A program made the translations under genes and the position numbers. Of a stretch of 64,000 nucleotides of DNA, positions 50,165-63,459 are shown piece after piece. How positions within the stretch are numbered: position 1 is the first letter of the stretch; each line of letters begins with the position of its first letter. The notes beneath the pieces are model-generated. The model did not search any database, had not been told where the DNA came from, and saw only the letters and a list, made by a program, of their open reading frames with translations. Origin of the DNA: Okamejei kenojei (Eukaryota); contig CM069141.1 in assembly GCA_035221665.1 (NCBI GenBank), positions 60,884,001-60,948,000 on the forward strand, given 5' to 3'.

Positions 50165-50880
50165 CACCAGCACCTTGTGTTGGGAGACAGACCCGTAGAA
50201 CAGGCAGCGACTTAATGCGACACGCAAATATACCATTGGCTCTGTGCTGTAAGGAAATAGTCCAGTACATTTAAATACTGTAATCTAAAGAGACAAATCT
50301 GTACACCCCCCAACACTTTACAGTATGGAGACAGACTAGTGATACACCAGAAGTTACTCTAAGGCATGAGACCAGTATAATGTAGAGCTAATAGGATTTG
50401 ATGTTTCAATCCCTGTAATAAGTCGGCACTCTTGCTATTTGCAGTGGGATTGGAGTGGTGAAAGGAAGGGTAGGTACGTCATCAGGGTCATCAGGTGGGC
50501 ACCCTCCTTCTTTGACATTTCATTGATAAGCCCACAACATCTCCAGAGGGCTCAACTGTGATACCTGGCGTCCCAGTTACACCCCCCTCAATTCCATACC
50601 CTCCTGTCTTCATCTTGCAGCCCAATTGTTATCTCTCCTTTTGATCCATATCCAATTGCTGCTTTTTTTCTGAAGAATTTGATAATGATTTGATTGCTTG
50701 TTGGAGGGAGCGACCCCACCACCATTACCTTTAATAGCATGGTCGTAGATGTAGCAACAAATCCCCTGCATCCCACTTCGACAGGGAAAATATAAATACA
50801 AAGTCTGCACTGTATACGGAAAGACCATTACAAATCCCAACACTGTGCTGTAAAGAAAAAGACCAGTACAAATGCAGTAC
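50165..50880. repeat. Degenerate minisatellite (core resembling cactgtgctgtaaggagacagaccagtaca) split by a retroelement
   Basis: About five diverged units at 50165-50380 and two at 50805-50872. Confidence 0.5.
50455..50803 (-). mobile_element. HERO-like (restriction-like endonuclease) non-LTR retrotransposon 3' end
   Basis: YIFPVEVGCRGFVATSTTMLLK, then after frameshifts QQAIKSLSNS and KSSNWIWIKRRDNNWAAR*. PVEVGCRGF..W.W.KR is the C-terminus I associate with HERO-clade elements. Confidence 0.75.
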
Positions 50881-51599
50881 TGAGATGTTGTCTTTCAATA
50901 CATTTGTGGGGAATCTCTAGCACAATCTAGAGAGCCTGTTGAGAGAATAACATGGCATAGGGTAAGATTAAAGTAAAATCGGCTGGTTAATGGTCCAGAC
51001 TCTTTGAACCAAAAGTCCCGTTTCCATCTGTATGAATCTAAGACTCTGACTCAATTCAATGTCAAGTAGATTCCAAAGAAAAGCAGTTAATTCTGTTAAT
51101 GCAATTTTAACAAAATAAATTGAGGGCTTTTTTAGATTTGGGAATTAAAGACTTTTATGGTTAACATGTTTTAATTTGTTGTGCAGAATGGTGTTTTCTG
51201 AGCTATTGGGTCTTAGAAATGTTAAAGCTAAGAAGGCAATTCATCAAAAATGTGTGCAGAATTTAAGATTTGAATGCTGTGACTGATTTATGTTTGGGGG
51301 ACCAGAAAAATGTCTTTGAAGAACATTTTACTGTAATTCAGCTGGGTAGGTCGGGTCATTGTTGGGGCAAGTGTGAGGGATGGTGTTTATGGGTCTTTTG
51401 GGCATTTTTATGAACCAAATACCATCACATCAGAAAGTTTGGTTGCTGTTTCCAAAAAATAATTTTCATTCAATAGCTGTCACAATAATCTACCTAGTAA
51501 TCTAATGCTGTGAGGAAAAATGCAATATATTTCATATCCCAATGTAGTTTGTCATTTGATTTGCTGATTTTATCCATCCATCCACTCTCCCACCCTCAC

Positions 51600-51645
51600 T
51601 CACTCCCTCCCTCCCTCCCTCCCTCCCTCCCCCCCCCTCCCTCCT
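51600..51645. repeat. (CCCT)n microsatellite
   Basis: Direct tandem repeat. Confidence 0.9.
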
Positions 51646-51784
51646 CTATTGGTACAGCACAGAAATAGGCCCTTCAGCCCTCCTGGTCCATGCAGACCAT
51701 TTACCACCATTTACACTAATTCTATTTGAATCCCATTTTTTAAATTCTCCCCTCTTTCGCTTCAACACCCCTGCAGATTAGAGA

Positions 51785-52530
51785 GTGATAGAGACATACA
51801 ATGCCCACGCCGACCACATGCTCCATCAAGACTAGTCTCACTTGCCTATATTTGACTCTTCTAAACCTATCTTATTCATGTACCTGTCTAAATGTTTCTT
51901 AACACTGCGATCGTACCAGCCTCAACAACCTCCTGTGGCAGCTAATTCCGCATACGCACCACCCTTAGTTTAAAAACGTTATCCCTCAGGTTCTGATTAA
52001 ATCTTTTTCCCTTCACCTTAAACCTATATCCTCTAGTTCTCGATTCCCCTACTCTGGGCAAAAGACTGCATTTACAGCACATGCTCTATTCTTCTCATGA
52101 TTTTGTACACCTCTATGATATCACCCCTCATCCTCCTGCACTACAAGGATTAAAGTCCTAGCCTGCTTAACCTCGAGTCCTGGCAACATCCTCGTAAATA
52201 TTCTTTGCACCCTTTCCAGCTTGACAACATATTTCCTATAACATGGTGACTTAAACTGAACACAATACTCTAAATCTGGCCTCACCACTGTCTTATATAA
52301 CTGTAATATGACTCCTCAACATCTACACTCAATTCTCATTACTGATGAAGGCCAATGTGCCGAAAACCTTTTGACCACCCTATCTACCTGTGATGCCACT
52401 TTCAAGTAACTACTTACTGCACTCCTAGATCCCTCTGCTCTACAACACTCCACAGAGCCCTACCATTCACTGCATACGCCCTGCCCTTGTCAGACTTCTA
52501 AAATGCAACTCCACACATCTCTCTGTATTT
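51785..52530 (-). mobile_element. CR1 LINE 3' portion
   Basis: On the minus strand: LYKTVVRPDLEYCVQFKSP, LERVQRIFTRMLPGLE and RRMRGDIIEVYKIMR. Confidence 0.9.
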
Positions 52531-52559
52531 TTCTATATTAATTTCCAATTTAGATTCTA

Positions 52560-52762
52560 CCATTTACCTACACACCAGAGACAATGTACAGTGGCCAATT
52601 AAGGTACCAACCTGCACACCATTTTGTGACAACGGAGAAAACCAGTGCACCCGGGGGAATCCCATGCAGTCGCAGGGAGAACATGCAAACTCCACACAGA
52701 CAATACCTAAGAACAGGATTGAACCTGGGTTTCTGGCACATTGAGGCGGTGGCTCTGCTAGC
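52560..52762 (-). mobile_element. Old V-SINE fragment
   Basis: gggagaacatgcaaactccacacagaca..ggattgaacctggg. Confidence 0.75.
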
Positions 52763-53665
52763 TAGGTCATTATGTTTCAGTTTGATTCTCATATCCTTAG
52801 TGCTAAGATATGAATGTCTGTAATTTAATTTTGATCTCCTTGAACTGAGGGTTATAACAATAGACTTATTGCCACAGATAGAATGTACAGAGTGGGGTGA
52901 GTTTTATCAACTCAGCTTCTTACAACCGGAGCACATAAATGTAGGGTGATGTATGTGCTTGGTGATTGATACAGTCGAACTCCCACCTGCCCTCTAATTT
53001 CACAAAGCTCTACTTGGGAGCTCTCATCTTTCAAACCTCCCCTAAAGTCCAAATATATTTAACTGTGATTGCTGTGGGTAGATATTTTAAGTACACACGT
53101 TAGGAAAGATATATTGCATCCCCTCTTTTAAACCGTGCATCAAATTATCATTATCAAAAGTAAATGTTAAAAAATGGCTATCGTCTGTATTTTAATCTAT
53201 TGTGTTAAAAAAGTCAATGACATTTGAACAACATTGCTTTCTTTTGTGAACACATATTCCTATTTGCTTGCATGCAAAGTAACACATGCAGGAGTGTATA
53301 CCGGCCCATGCAGGTACAGGATTTCTACCCTCACCATAAACCTGAAAACAGTTTTACCTGCATCACTCATCCATGCTTTCAACCAAGAAATGATGCACAA
53401 GCTGTCACACATTCCTGAACTAACATTCCTGGTTGCCAAGCACTGGTGTCCCTGTACTTCACCTTTGCCCTGCAGGGAGCCTGCTGAGGGGGTCCATCTG
53501 CGTGCATGTGCAGGTGCGCTGCCTTGTTCTCTCCTTGCTTTACTGAAATTCTGTCATCAAGAAGAGATTCCGATCGAACGCATTCCTTCCAACCTTGCAC
53601 AAAGACTGTAACTGAAAACCTGTCTGGTGTGCCTTGTTCATGATGGTGCCAATGGAAGGGGTCAA

Positions 53666-54358
53666 GAAACATAGAAAATAGGTGCAGGAGTAGGCCATTC
53701 GGCCCTTCGAGCCTGCACCGCCATTCAATATGATCATGGCTGATCATCCAACTCAGTATCCTGTACCTGCCTTCTCTCCATACCCCCTGATCCCTTTAAC
53801 CACAAGGGCCACATCTAACTCCCACTTAAATATAGCCAATGAACTGGACTCAACTACCTTCTGTGGCAGAGTATTCCACAGATTCACCACTCTCTGTGTG
53901 AAAAATGTTTTCTCATCTCGGTCCTAAAAGACTTCCCCCTTATCCTTAAACTGTGACCCCTTGTCCTGGACTTCCCCAACATCGGGAACAATCTTCCTGC
54001 ATCTAGCCTGTCCAACCCCTTAAGAATTTTGTAAGTTTCTATAAGATCCCCCCTCAATCTTCTAAATTCCAGCAAGTACAAGCCGAGTCTATCCAGTCTT
54101 TCTTCATATGAAAGTCCTGCCATCCCAGGAATCAGTCTGGTGAACCTTCTCTGTACTCCCTCTATGGCAAGAATGTCTTTCCTCAGATTTGGAGACCAAA
54201 ACTGTAGGCAATACTCCAGGTGTGGCCTCACCAAGGCCCTGTACAACTGCAGTAGAACCTCCCTGCTCCTATACTCAAATCCTTTTGCTATGAATGCTAA
54301 CATACCATTTGCTTTCTTCACTGCCTGCTGCACCTGCATGCCTACTTTCAATGACTGG
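53666..54358 (-). mobile_element. Young CR1/HER1 LINE 3' portion
   Basis: ORF 53884-54453 contains QVQQAVKKANGMLAFIAKGFEYRSREVLLQLYRALVRPHLEYCLQFWSP..RRLRGDLIETYK, with a tttctatgtttct tail. Confidence 0.95.
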
Positions 54359-54887
54359 TAAAAGTGAGTGGAAGAATATAGAGAGGGCCAGGAAAAAATA
54401 GAGAACATGAAATTAAAACAAATGGAGGTACAATGTAACCTGAAAGGCAGCAAGATAGGCAGTGGAGAATATGGTTGATCTCCACCTTCCTTGTATTCTC
54501 TGAGTTCCCGTTAACCCTCACCTGCATTTCACCAACCATCAAATACAAGCTATGGACACAACATGCTGGAGTAACTCAGCGGGACAGGCAGCATCTCTGG
54601 AAGAAGAAATGGGTGACATTTTGGGTCGACTGGTTGTTGGAATACAGGTTGTTAGAATTATCCGTCAGTCATCATACAACAGCATAACGATACAGCAAGG
54701 TGTGCCAGTGAGTGCTCTGTTTGGAAAAGATGCACTTCCACAATTGGGAGCCCCCAGCAAAAAATCTCAAACTCTGATGCAACAAAAATTCCATTGTGTA
54801 GATTTTGATCACCCATTTTAACTCTGAAGCTCAATAGTTGGGTGCTCAATATTAATGAGTGAAAGGATTGAGTTGGTGTCAAGGAGG

Positions 54888-55630
54888 CAGGGGCGGAAAA
54901 CACGGGGGGGGGGGGGGGGCAGAGGGGACATGTCCCCCCATGTTTTGAGAGGTGGGGGACATCCCCCCCAAGGTTTTGTCATCCGGATTTCAAAGTCTCC
55001 GCTTTGCGCGAGACAGTGGAGGTGGGACTGCTGATCAAGGGCGCCGATTGGACGAGAGAGACGTCGGCCAACAGGCAATGGGGGCGGGACATGATGATTA
55101 AGCGTGATGATTGATGGAGGGAGGAGTCGGGGGGGGGGTTGGGACTGAGGATAGATTGCGATGATTGGAGGAGGGAGACATGGCACAGACCTGCGCCTCA
55201 TCCACAGCCAGGATCGATCCCGGCCGGATCTCCGACGCTGTCCCGTCCACACCGGGGTGCCATCCCCCCCCCCCCCCCCCCCCCCCACCCCTCACGGGTG
55301 GCCAGAGAGGTTGGGAGTCAGACGGGCAGGCACCCCCAGGCCCACAGCCAGCACAGAGAAGCAGCGCTAAACCCAGCTCAACTCTGCCTGGTTAACCTGC
55401 CTGGGCTTGCGGAAAATATGGCCAGCGCGGAGAAGCAGCGCTGGTGTCCCGTCAGTCCAGTCAGGGCTTTAGTTAACCCGGCGAGACAGGCATAGTTGAG
55501 CTGCATTTAGCAGTAGATTGAGCCTCCAAAGCCTCGCCCATGTGTGTGTGAGGGTGCGCATGTGTGCAAATATTCGTGTGTCCCCTGTCCCCCGGTCCCC
55601 TCCATGTTTTGGTAGCGAGTTCCGCTCTTG
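54888..55630. mobile_element. hAT-type non-autonomous DNA transposon
   Basis: Imperfect TIRs caggggcggaa / ttccgctcttg, sub-terminal ggggaca / tgtcccc repeats, and an 8-bp TSD caaggagg (54880-54887) / caaggaag (55631-55638). Confidence 0.75.
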
Positions 55631-56644
55631 CAAGGAAGGTAACAAGGGCTTCAAGCATGATTCTTTGGGGCGTGAGAATGTTTGCTGCTTCTCTCTGCCT
55701 TTCTGCTCTCCAGAACATTATCATAATGAATCCAAAAACCAAAATACTATGAATGCCGGAGAGAGAAATGGAGCTAATATTTCAAGTTGATGACCTATCA
55801 TTAGAATAATGGTATCTCATGATAACATCAAAAGGAATTTCATATGAATGCATTTAGCAGCTGGTCATTGATGTTACAGGTAATTTTTAGGCTATGGTCA
55901 ATGAGTACGTTTTCATTGTGAAAATCTAGCAGCAAGCCTCATTTCAGGTTTGCTTAACATTTTATGCATTTAATTATACTTCCCTCAAAACCGGAACTTC
56001 CATTAATACATAGAGGTAACAAATCCAGAGCAGAGCTTTGTGCCAAACTTCCTCTCAAAGTATTGAGTGTGAGAGGAACACTAAACATACAACTGATCCT
56101 TTGTTCACAGTCTGGCTATACTCCCTTTCCTAATTTACAAAATTGAAATAACACACACATTGTCCAGAGAATAGCCTCTGGAAAAAAACCCTTATATGTT
56201 ATCTTCTTTCCCCCATTAATCAAGAGGGCTACTCATTAGGATAGACAGATCCCTTCACCAGGCACATCAGACAGAGCTCTTCACATTACCCACACAGATG
56301 TAAACAGAAGCATCTCTTTGCCTGCTGTGGTCTCCAGCCAGCTTGCAATAAGGCTTTGGGTTACCCAAAATGTGCTTGGACCAGAGATAAGAATGTCAAA
56401 GGAATGCAAGGCATCAGCTCCTTTTACTGCAACTGCAAGTTGGTTGCACTGGAACATCGTTTAGAGGGCATTGGTAGATCCATTTTATACCTGGATTTTT
56501 ATAACCGCTTGCATCTTTCCTGAAGGAAATCAAGGCTCTGGCACTGGTGAGGCAGTGCTTTATAATGGTGAGGACATGGTGTTTCTTGCAGTTTAAGCAC
56601 TGCAGAAAGCATGGCGACTGAGGCAAATACAGAGAGCTACTAGA

Positions 56645-56955
56645 GGAGCAGTGGTGCATCTGATAAATGGCTACCTTACAGCACCAGAGGCTCAGGTTTG
56701 ATCCTGACTCGGGTGCTGTCTGTGTGGAGTTTGCATGTTCCTCCTGAGATCGTAGTGGTTTCCTCCGGGTGCTCTGGTTTCCGCCCAGATCCCAAAGACA
56801 TGTGGGTTTGTAGATTAATTGACCTCTGTAAATTGCACCTAGTGTGTAGGAAGTGGATGTAAAAGTGGAATAATGTAAGAACTAATGTGAATGGGTGATC
56901 GATGGTCATTGTGGACTTGATGGGCCAATGGGGCCTGTTTCCATTCTGTATCTTA
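56645..56955 (+). mobile_element. HE1-type V-SINE
   Basis: ggtttgatcc B-box, tgtgtggagtttgcatgttc..ggtttcctccgggtgctctggtttcc, and tail gggcctgtttccattctgtatc. Confidence 0.88.
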
Positions 56956-56959
56956 TTAA

Positions 56960-57340
56960 AAAACTCAACGGGTCAGGCAGCATCTGTGAAGTGAAATAAA
57001 CAATCAACGTTGTGGATCAGGACCCTTCAACTAGACTGGACGAGCAGAGGGATGTTATATAGAGATAGGGAGGAGGGGTGGGGAAAGAGGTGGCAAGCAA
57101 TTGATGGATGCAAGTGAGGAGGGGTTGATGGGCAGATGGAGTTAGCGGAGTGAGGGAAGAGTGGTGATAGTGACAGAGGCAGAGAGGTGATTGGTGAAGA
57201 CATTAAAGAGCTGCAAATTCTGGAATATGATAAGAATGGAAAATGTTGAGTGGAACCATTTACAGGAGGGGTGGTGGCAGATGAAAATACTGAGGGAGTG
57301 GTGGGATCAGGAGTGCGGGGAGGGAGGGGACTCTGTGGGC
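56960..57340 (-). mobile_element. Old Penelope-like 3' fragment
   Basis: aactcaacgggtcaggcagcatctgtg..caggacccttc followed by a purine-rich 3' UTR-type tract. Confidence 0.6.
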
Positions 57341-60300
57341 GTAGGGCAACTGAGGTGTGGCTCATCTACAGAGAAAGCGTCACCATGGACTGAGACTAAC
57401 TACAGGAGCTCGATTTGCTTTTTTTATCGCAAGGCTCACAACCACTTACTAAGGAAAGGAGTGAACTTTGCATCAAACCAGCGTATAGGTTAATGAAAAG
57501 GTTTAGATTTGTGATCCATGCAGCGGGTATTTTTGGTATATAACATGGTAGGATGGACAATGGTTGAACAATTTTTATTTGCGATTATGGCAAAATCTCT
57601 GGCTGCTCTGATCAAAAGAGTAACAATGGTCTGTGGAGAGTCATCATTGCCCCATGAAAGGTGGATGGATCTACTTTAGCCTGTTAATGGGCAATGTGTT
57701 GACATCATTATGGCGCAGCGCTACAATTGCCTGCAGGGACATTAACACATCTCCCTTTGAGGTAGTTGTAATTTGTTTTCAAGAATAACACCTTCAGAGT
57801 GGATCACATTGGATAAACATTCTCTGTGATGGAAAAGAACCGTGGAATATTTTTGGCCTGATATATTGCCCAAATGAATGGTGTTTACAATCTTTGTAAC
57901 CTTTTGCAAAATTCACGTGAAGTGTGTCCCTTTATTTAAAAAAAGAGAAATTACTGACTCAAACCGGTGCATGGAAATGTTGCTAAACTTCGTACTTTAT
58001 TTCGTACTTTGACTTTGAATTGTAATATGTACAATGGAGACAAATAGACTTTCATGGCCTAAAGGGAAAATAAAGTTTAGCTCAGTTGTTATAACACTTT
58101 GTTAAAAAAAAGGCATCTTTTCAGTTGACTGAGTGCTGTTGAAATGTGCTGTGGAAGCATTATGTTAAAACCAATAAAGACCCCGGCAGGGAGATTTATG
58201 AAGTGCTATGTCTCTGCTTTTGGTAGTTAGCACTCACATTTCTGAACCTTCTGCTTGGCATGATATCTCCAGACCAGGATGTTTGTGTCTGCCATAAAGT
58301 TGCTTCAACATTCCCATTATCAACACTTAAAATGACTGCATCTGAGCAATAGTCTTTATCTTATGTGGGGATCTCACTTACTGCTGGAATTGGTGAAAAC
58401 CTGCTGTGAGCTGAGGGCTCAGAAGAATTAATATAATGTTTTACTGCAGCCAACATTGATTGCTTTCTGCAATGGCCAGTTGATTTTCACATGGGTATTT
58501 TGTGGACAAAATGGGTATCATTTTGGTATTATACTTTCAGATAAAGCTCTCTTCATGACACCTTTCAAGATATGTAACAAGGAGGCTACTTATCCAATTC
58601 TCCTAATGAAACGAACTATAATGAATACACTTGAGAAACATTTTATTTGGCAGTAAAGTGTAGTAGAAGTCACCGAAACAGTGGGTGACATGATATATGT
58701 CCGTGAAGTTTGTTTTGTCAGAAATAATCCAAGATTTAACAAATCATACAACCTCTGCTCATGTAGGATGCTGTTGTTTTAGCCTATTGTGATGATCTCT
58801 AGATGTTAGCATGTATGACAAGTTGCACTGGCTTTGTTTAGGTTATTTCCAAGAATGTTACACAATTAAGATTATTTTTAATTTAGACATGCTGGTCTCT
58901 TAAAGTAATATGACAAGGTAGATCGGGTTTTCCTCCAACATCACAAAAACCTTTCAATGGTCAAAATATTTATTCAGATGGCAAAATTATCCTCATCGCC
59001 CCGTAAATGTTGATCAGATGCAGTCTCATGTCTTCCTGAAGTGACCATTCCCTTATAATGTTGCTTGGATAGGGAACCAGTGAATATTGGCCATCCTTTA
59101 GGATTTAGCCCTTTTGGACCTGCATATTCCTAATCACGTTAAAACATCCACATGTTAACATTTATACTTATCTTGATCTTCACCTGCTGAGATTTTTTTA
59201 ACCATACTTCTAGAGAAGGTCCAGGCAGAGAGCAGACACTGGGAAGTGTTAAGTCTTCCATTTCAAGCTCCATGATTGAATATTCCTCGATCTGAAGGCC
59301 AATGTATCAAGTGATGTAGTACGCTTGGCAATGAGTGTTTGTGCTTTCTTCATGTACCATTTATTCATGTTTACCGATTGTTGAGGCTGAGATCACATAA
59401 ACGGACACATTCTTCTTTATAATTTGCTGTACGTGACCCAGCACAGCTCACTCTAATCTTTATCCCAATTATGGTAAATTTTTACTGACAGAAAAATACT
59501 TGATCACCAATATCATCTCATATTACTCAGAAGGCAGTAAATAATAAGATTTTTTCATAAAAATGAGGGAGTTTTGTGTTTAACATCTGAGAAAAACTTA
59601 CACTGGTAATGAATGCTACAATTTTTAAATTTGCACCACAGATCAGATCATTTCTTAAAATATCTTAAAAATCTGACTGAGTGTGATTTCTCTTACTGAT
59701 CCAGTTTTCTTCCATAAACAAAAAGAACGTGCTTGTAGGTTAATTCTCTACTGTAACTTGCCCCTCAACGTAGGTTAATGACATAAAGGATCAAGTAGGA
59801 GGCGACTGGCAAATGTGAGAGAGGATAAGGTGCAAAGAAATAGGGAGAGAGAATGGGGTCAATCGGATTTCTGTTCTGTTAGCTGGATTTGTCCCAATGG
59901 GTCAACTGGCTTCCATCTGTGTCATTTTAAATATAAGATCCTGTTGAAGATTTATAGAGGACTATATATATATATTGAGCAGAAAATGATAAACCAGAAC
60001 AGGTCTTTGCAGAAATCAATCAAAATTAATATTCTTGGGATGATGTGCTCCATTACCTGCATTTTATGTAAAAGCATTAAGTTGTGCAGAAATAATACAT
60101 CCATCAAGCAGGCTGCAGACAAAACTACTGCACAGCGATCAGGAAAATATTTTCTATCAGCTGCTTGCCTCATGCAAAGTAAATGTCTGCTGCCCTGTAT
60201 AACTGAAGAGGGGCCATTGAACCTACAATAAACCATACAGAAAAAGGCACATTCCCTGAGGACATTTTTTACCATAATAGTTTTGCAGCAACATCTGTTG

Positions 60301-62407
60301 GACCACTTTAGAAGCCATTCTATTGTAACCTTTGCTGCCATGAGTAGGTTTGAGTGGAAAAGAACAATGGATCCTGCTCTGGAAACATTTTCATTACTGT
60401 AAGTTTACTCAGTAAATTTAATTTTCTCCTGACCACAAGATAATATGTTTAATTTGTAACAAGATCATACTGGGACAGTTAGGGTTGAGAGGTTTGGTTT
60501 GTCCTCTTACATTGAACTCATTGTTTCACAGCAGTTCTCCTCCAAGTGGCTATAGATCAAATATGACAAACTGATTACAGAGAGTATGCATCCCCCAAAC
60601 TCTCAGTTTCAATCTATTGTGAGGTTTAATTACACCTTTATGAGTAATGGAAATTATGTTGAGAATACTGAGGAGAGACTTGGTTCTGATGGTGTGAGAG
60701 CATGAAGGGTGGGTGGAAGAATCTTTGGGGAGGGAGGGGGTTGAAGTGGGATTGCGTGCTGGAGTAGAATGCAAATGTATGGGGATCTCACCTTAGAAAG
60801 ATATGGCATAAAATCATCGGACTGATGCCTGAGCTCCAGTAATTAATTTATGAGAAAGGATTACACAGATTATAATTGTTTTCTTGGTAATTTGGAAATC
60901 TTAGAGATGGTTTGACTGAGGTTGAAACTATTAAGGAAAACTAATGTGATTTTTCAAATGGGGTAGATAGAAAAATAATTTAGGGTGATACAAAGAGCCG
61001 TTACCCCATAGTCTCCCCTAGGTGCTCTGCTTAGGTTAGGATCGGCTCAGCTTGTGATGAGGCCATTGAACTGCCTACAGAATGCAGCGCTGATCCCTGG
61101 CCCATCGACCTCCTTCCAATGGGACTTCATCTCTGCCCCCACCAGGCAGGACTCTCATCTCCCATTGACCTCTTCAGTCAAGAGTCTGGCTTGACATTCC
61201 TCAGGCTGTGCAAGGACTTCAGCGCAGGTTAGAGGAAGTAAGGTTGTTCTTGAAGGGATGCGGGTAGATTTTTGGTTTGTAGGGGAGTCGAGGATGGAGG
61301 CGATCAAGCATAAAAGTGGAACAGAGACCAATCATACCCGCCGTGTGGCAGGGTATGCTCGAGGACTGTAAGTCTACTTCTGTTTGCATTTTTTATATTC
61401 TGAAATCAGCGTGGACTCCTGAAATGAATGTGCACTATAGTGCGCAGAGGTGACAAACAGTACCATTGATAAGACTTAAGCCCAGGAGTCATTGCGTGAG
61501 ATATAAATATGGATATTAATGAAAGCGGCACCAGACTGAATGGGTGCAGTCTTATTTTTATTGCCCATCTGCAGAACAATTGAATATCTACTCCAAAGTT
61601 TAGTTATTGATTCATTAGTAACACTGCTCCAACTGTAACCACACAAGAAACTAACACTGACTATTTGACAGTAGATGCCACCAAAGATACTAGAGCATCT
61701 TTGGATGCCACCACAATTGCACCGTATCTGATCATCTACCAAGCACCTTTCATCAAGGGGCACTGAATAGCAATCAAGAATGATAGCTAATGGCCTGCTG
61801 AGACCAATTGAAGCACCCTTAGCTGTAACAGTTACATTTGGTATATTCAGCAATTCTCCAAGTCATCAAGCTAATGAAGACTTCTGCTGTGAACCATCAT
61901 TGTCTCAATAAATCAAGATTAGTTTGATTATCTCGGATTTTTTTTTTAAGGTCAACCTCTACCACATGACAAATGCTTGATTAATTTTAACCTACCCAGC
62001 CTACTGTGAAACTGATAGGGTCAGATTGGTTGTCTGTTTTTACACCCCACCCATTTACTTCAAAGGGAAAGTGAAATTGGGCAACTCATCAATCACTTCA
62101 GTCACCTGGAATGTAGGTTACATTAAATGAGCTGCCATGCGTCACAGCCTGACCATACCTTTTGTGGATGAGATGTTCAAACCGTACCTTTAATTATGCA
62201 AGGTTCGCTTTGCACTGATCCCGAGACATGGAATAGTCCTGTTGGTATAAATGTATCTTTCCCTTAATGTGACTTTTTGCATTTAGCCTCATCCAACCAC
62301 TTGCAGCATTGCTTGTTTCATCAGAGAAGTAGCCCTATCATGCATCTTGTCACTGAAACAGAAGCAGACTACACATTTCACCCTCTCTCTGCATTTGTTT
62401 CTCACTC

Positions 62408-62752
62408 AAGGTAGCACAGTGCTGCCTCACAGCATCAGAACCGTGGATTTAATCCTGGCCCCAGGTGTGGAGTTTGCACATTCTCCCTGTGACTGCGTGG
62501 GTTTCCTCTGGGTACTTTGGTTTCCCACAGCATGGGTTTGTAGGTTAATTGATCTTTATAAAAGGTAGTGATGTGAAAGTGAGATTTCATATAATTAGTG
62601 TGAACGGGTGAATGACAGTCAGCATAGGTTTGGTGGTCTGAACGGAGTGTTTCCATGCTGTAACTTTCAATCAATCACTTAAGTTGCTCATTCGGCTCGA
62701 AGGGCTGAATGGCTTACTCCTGCACCTATTGTCTATTGTCTATTGTCTATTG
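62408..62752 (+). mobile_element. V-SINE (62408-62672) followed by a short CR1 3' stub with a (ctattgt)n tail (62693-62752)
   Basis: gtgtggagtttgcacattctccctgtgactgcgtgggtttcctc, then ggctcgaagggctgaatggcttactcctgcacctattgtctattgtctattgtc. Confidence 0.85.
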
Positions 62753-63459
62753 GATTTATGATTAAAAAGTAATCTTTGAATATGGATGTGCCCATAAGAA
62801 GGATGAATACTTGTTGCATGCTTATAAATTAAAATGTTAAATACTGTACATTTTCATTTTTAATAAAATCTAGTCTATGATCATGTTCCTGTCTTGACAG
62901 TCTGATATTGGGTATCTTAATATTTTGTGTATGTAACATTCAAACTCTTTAACATTATCAGAATCTGAAATTATTATGATATCTTATTAGTCTCTTTTCT
63001 TAACTTTATCTAAGAAAGTATCGTCAACTATAGCTCAAATCAACTGGTCCACAATTAGTAATTTAATTTCACAAATTTGATCCAAGTGACTGCGTGCTTT
63101 TGCATGGGCTAATCCGAAATGAACAAGTCTAAAGCAGGTTAACTTTGAGTGGAGTGTTGGCAAGTGCGTTATTAGTAAGCAGATCTTAATTAGGGACTCA
63201 TCTATCACCTGGGCATATCAATACCAAATTTGGACAACTCACATTTTCTTCCTATCTATATCAGAACAATCCATATATAACAAAATATATATTAGAAAAT
63301 GTAAGATAAATAATGTTTGATATATAATAAGACAGAAATTGTGTGTCCCGCCAATATTTCAGTGATGAAACAACCTTGAAATCTGAAATGTTGCATGTAA
63401 GTTACGTTTAGCACAAGGATACATACCATTGGATCAGTTTTGTTTTTCTAAAATACCCA

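Noticed and set aside
61476-61900. 125-aa minus ORF and a Thr-rich plus-strand stretch
   Set aside because: No recognisable homology, and the plus frame has several stops.
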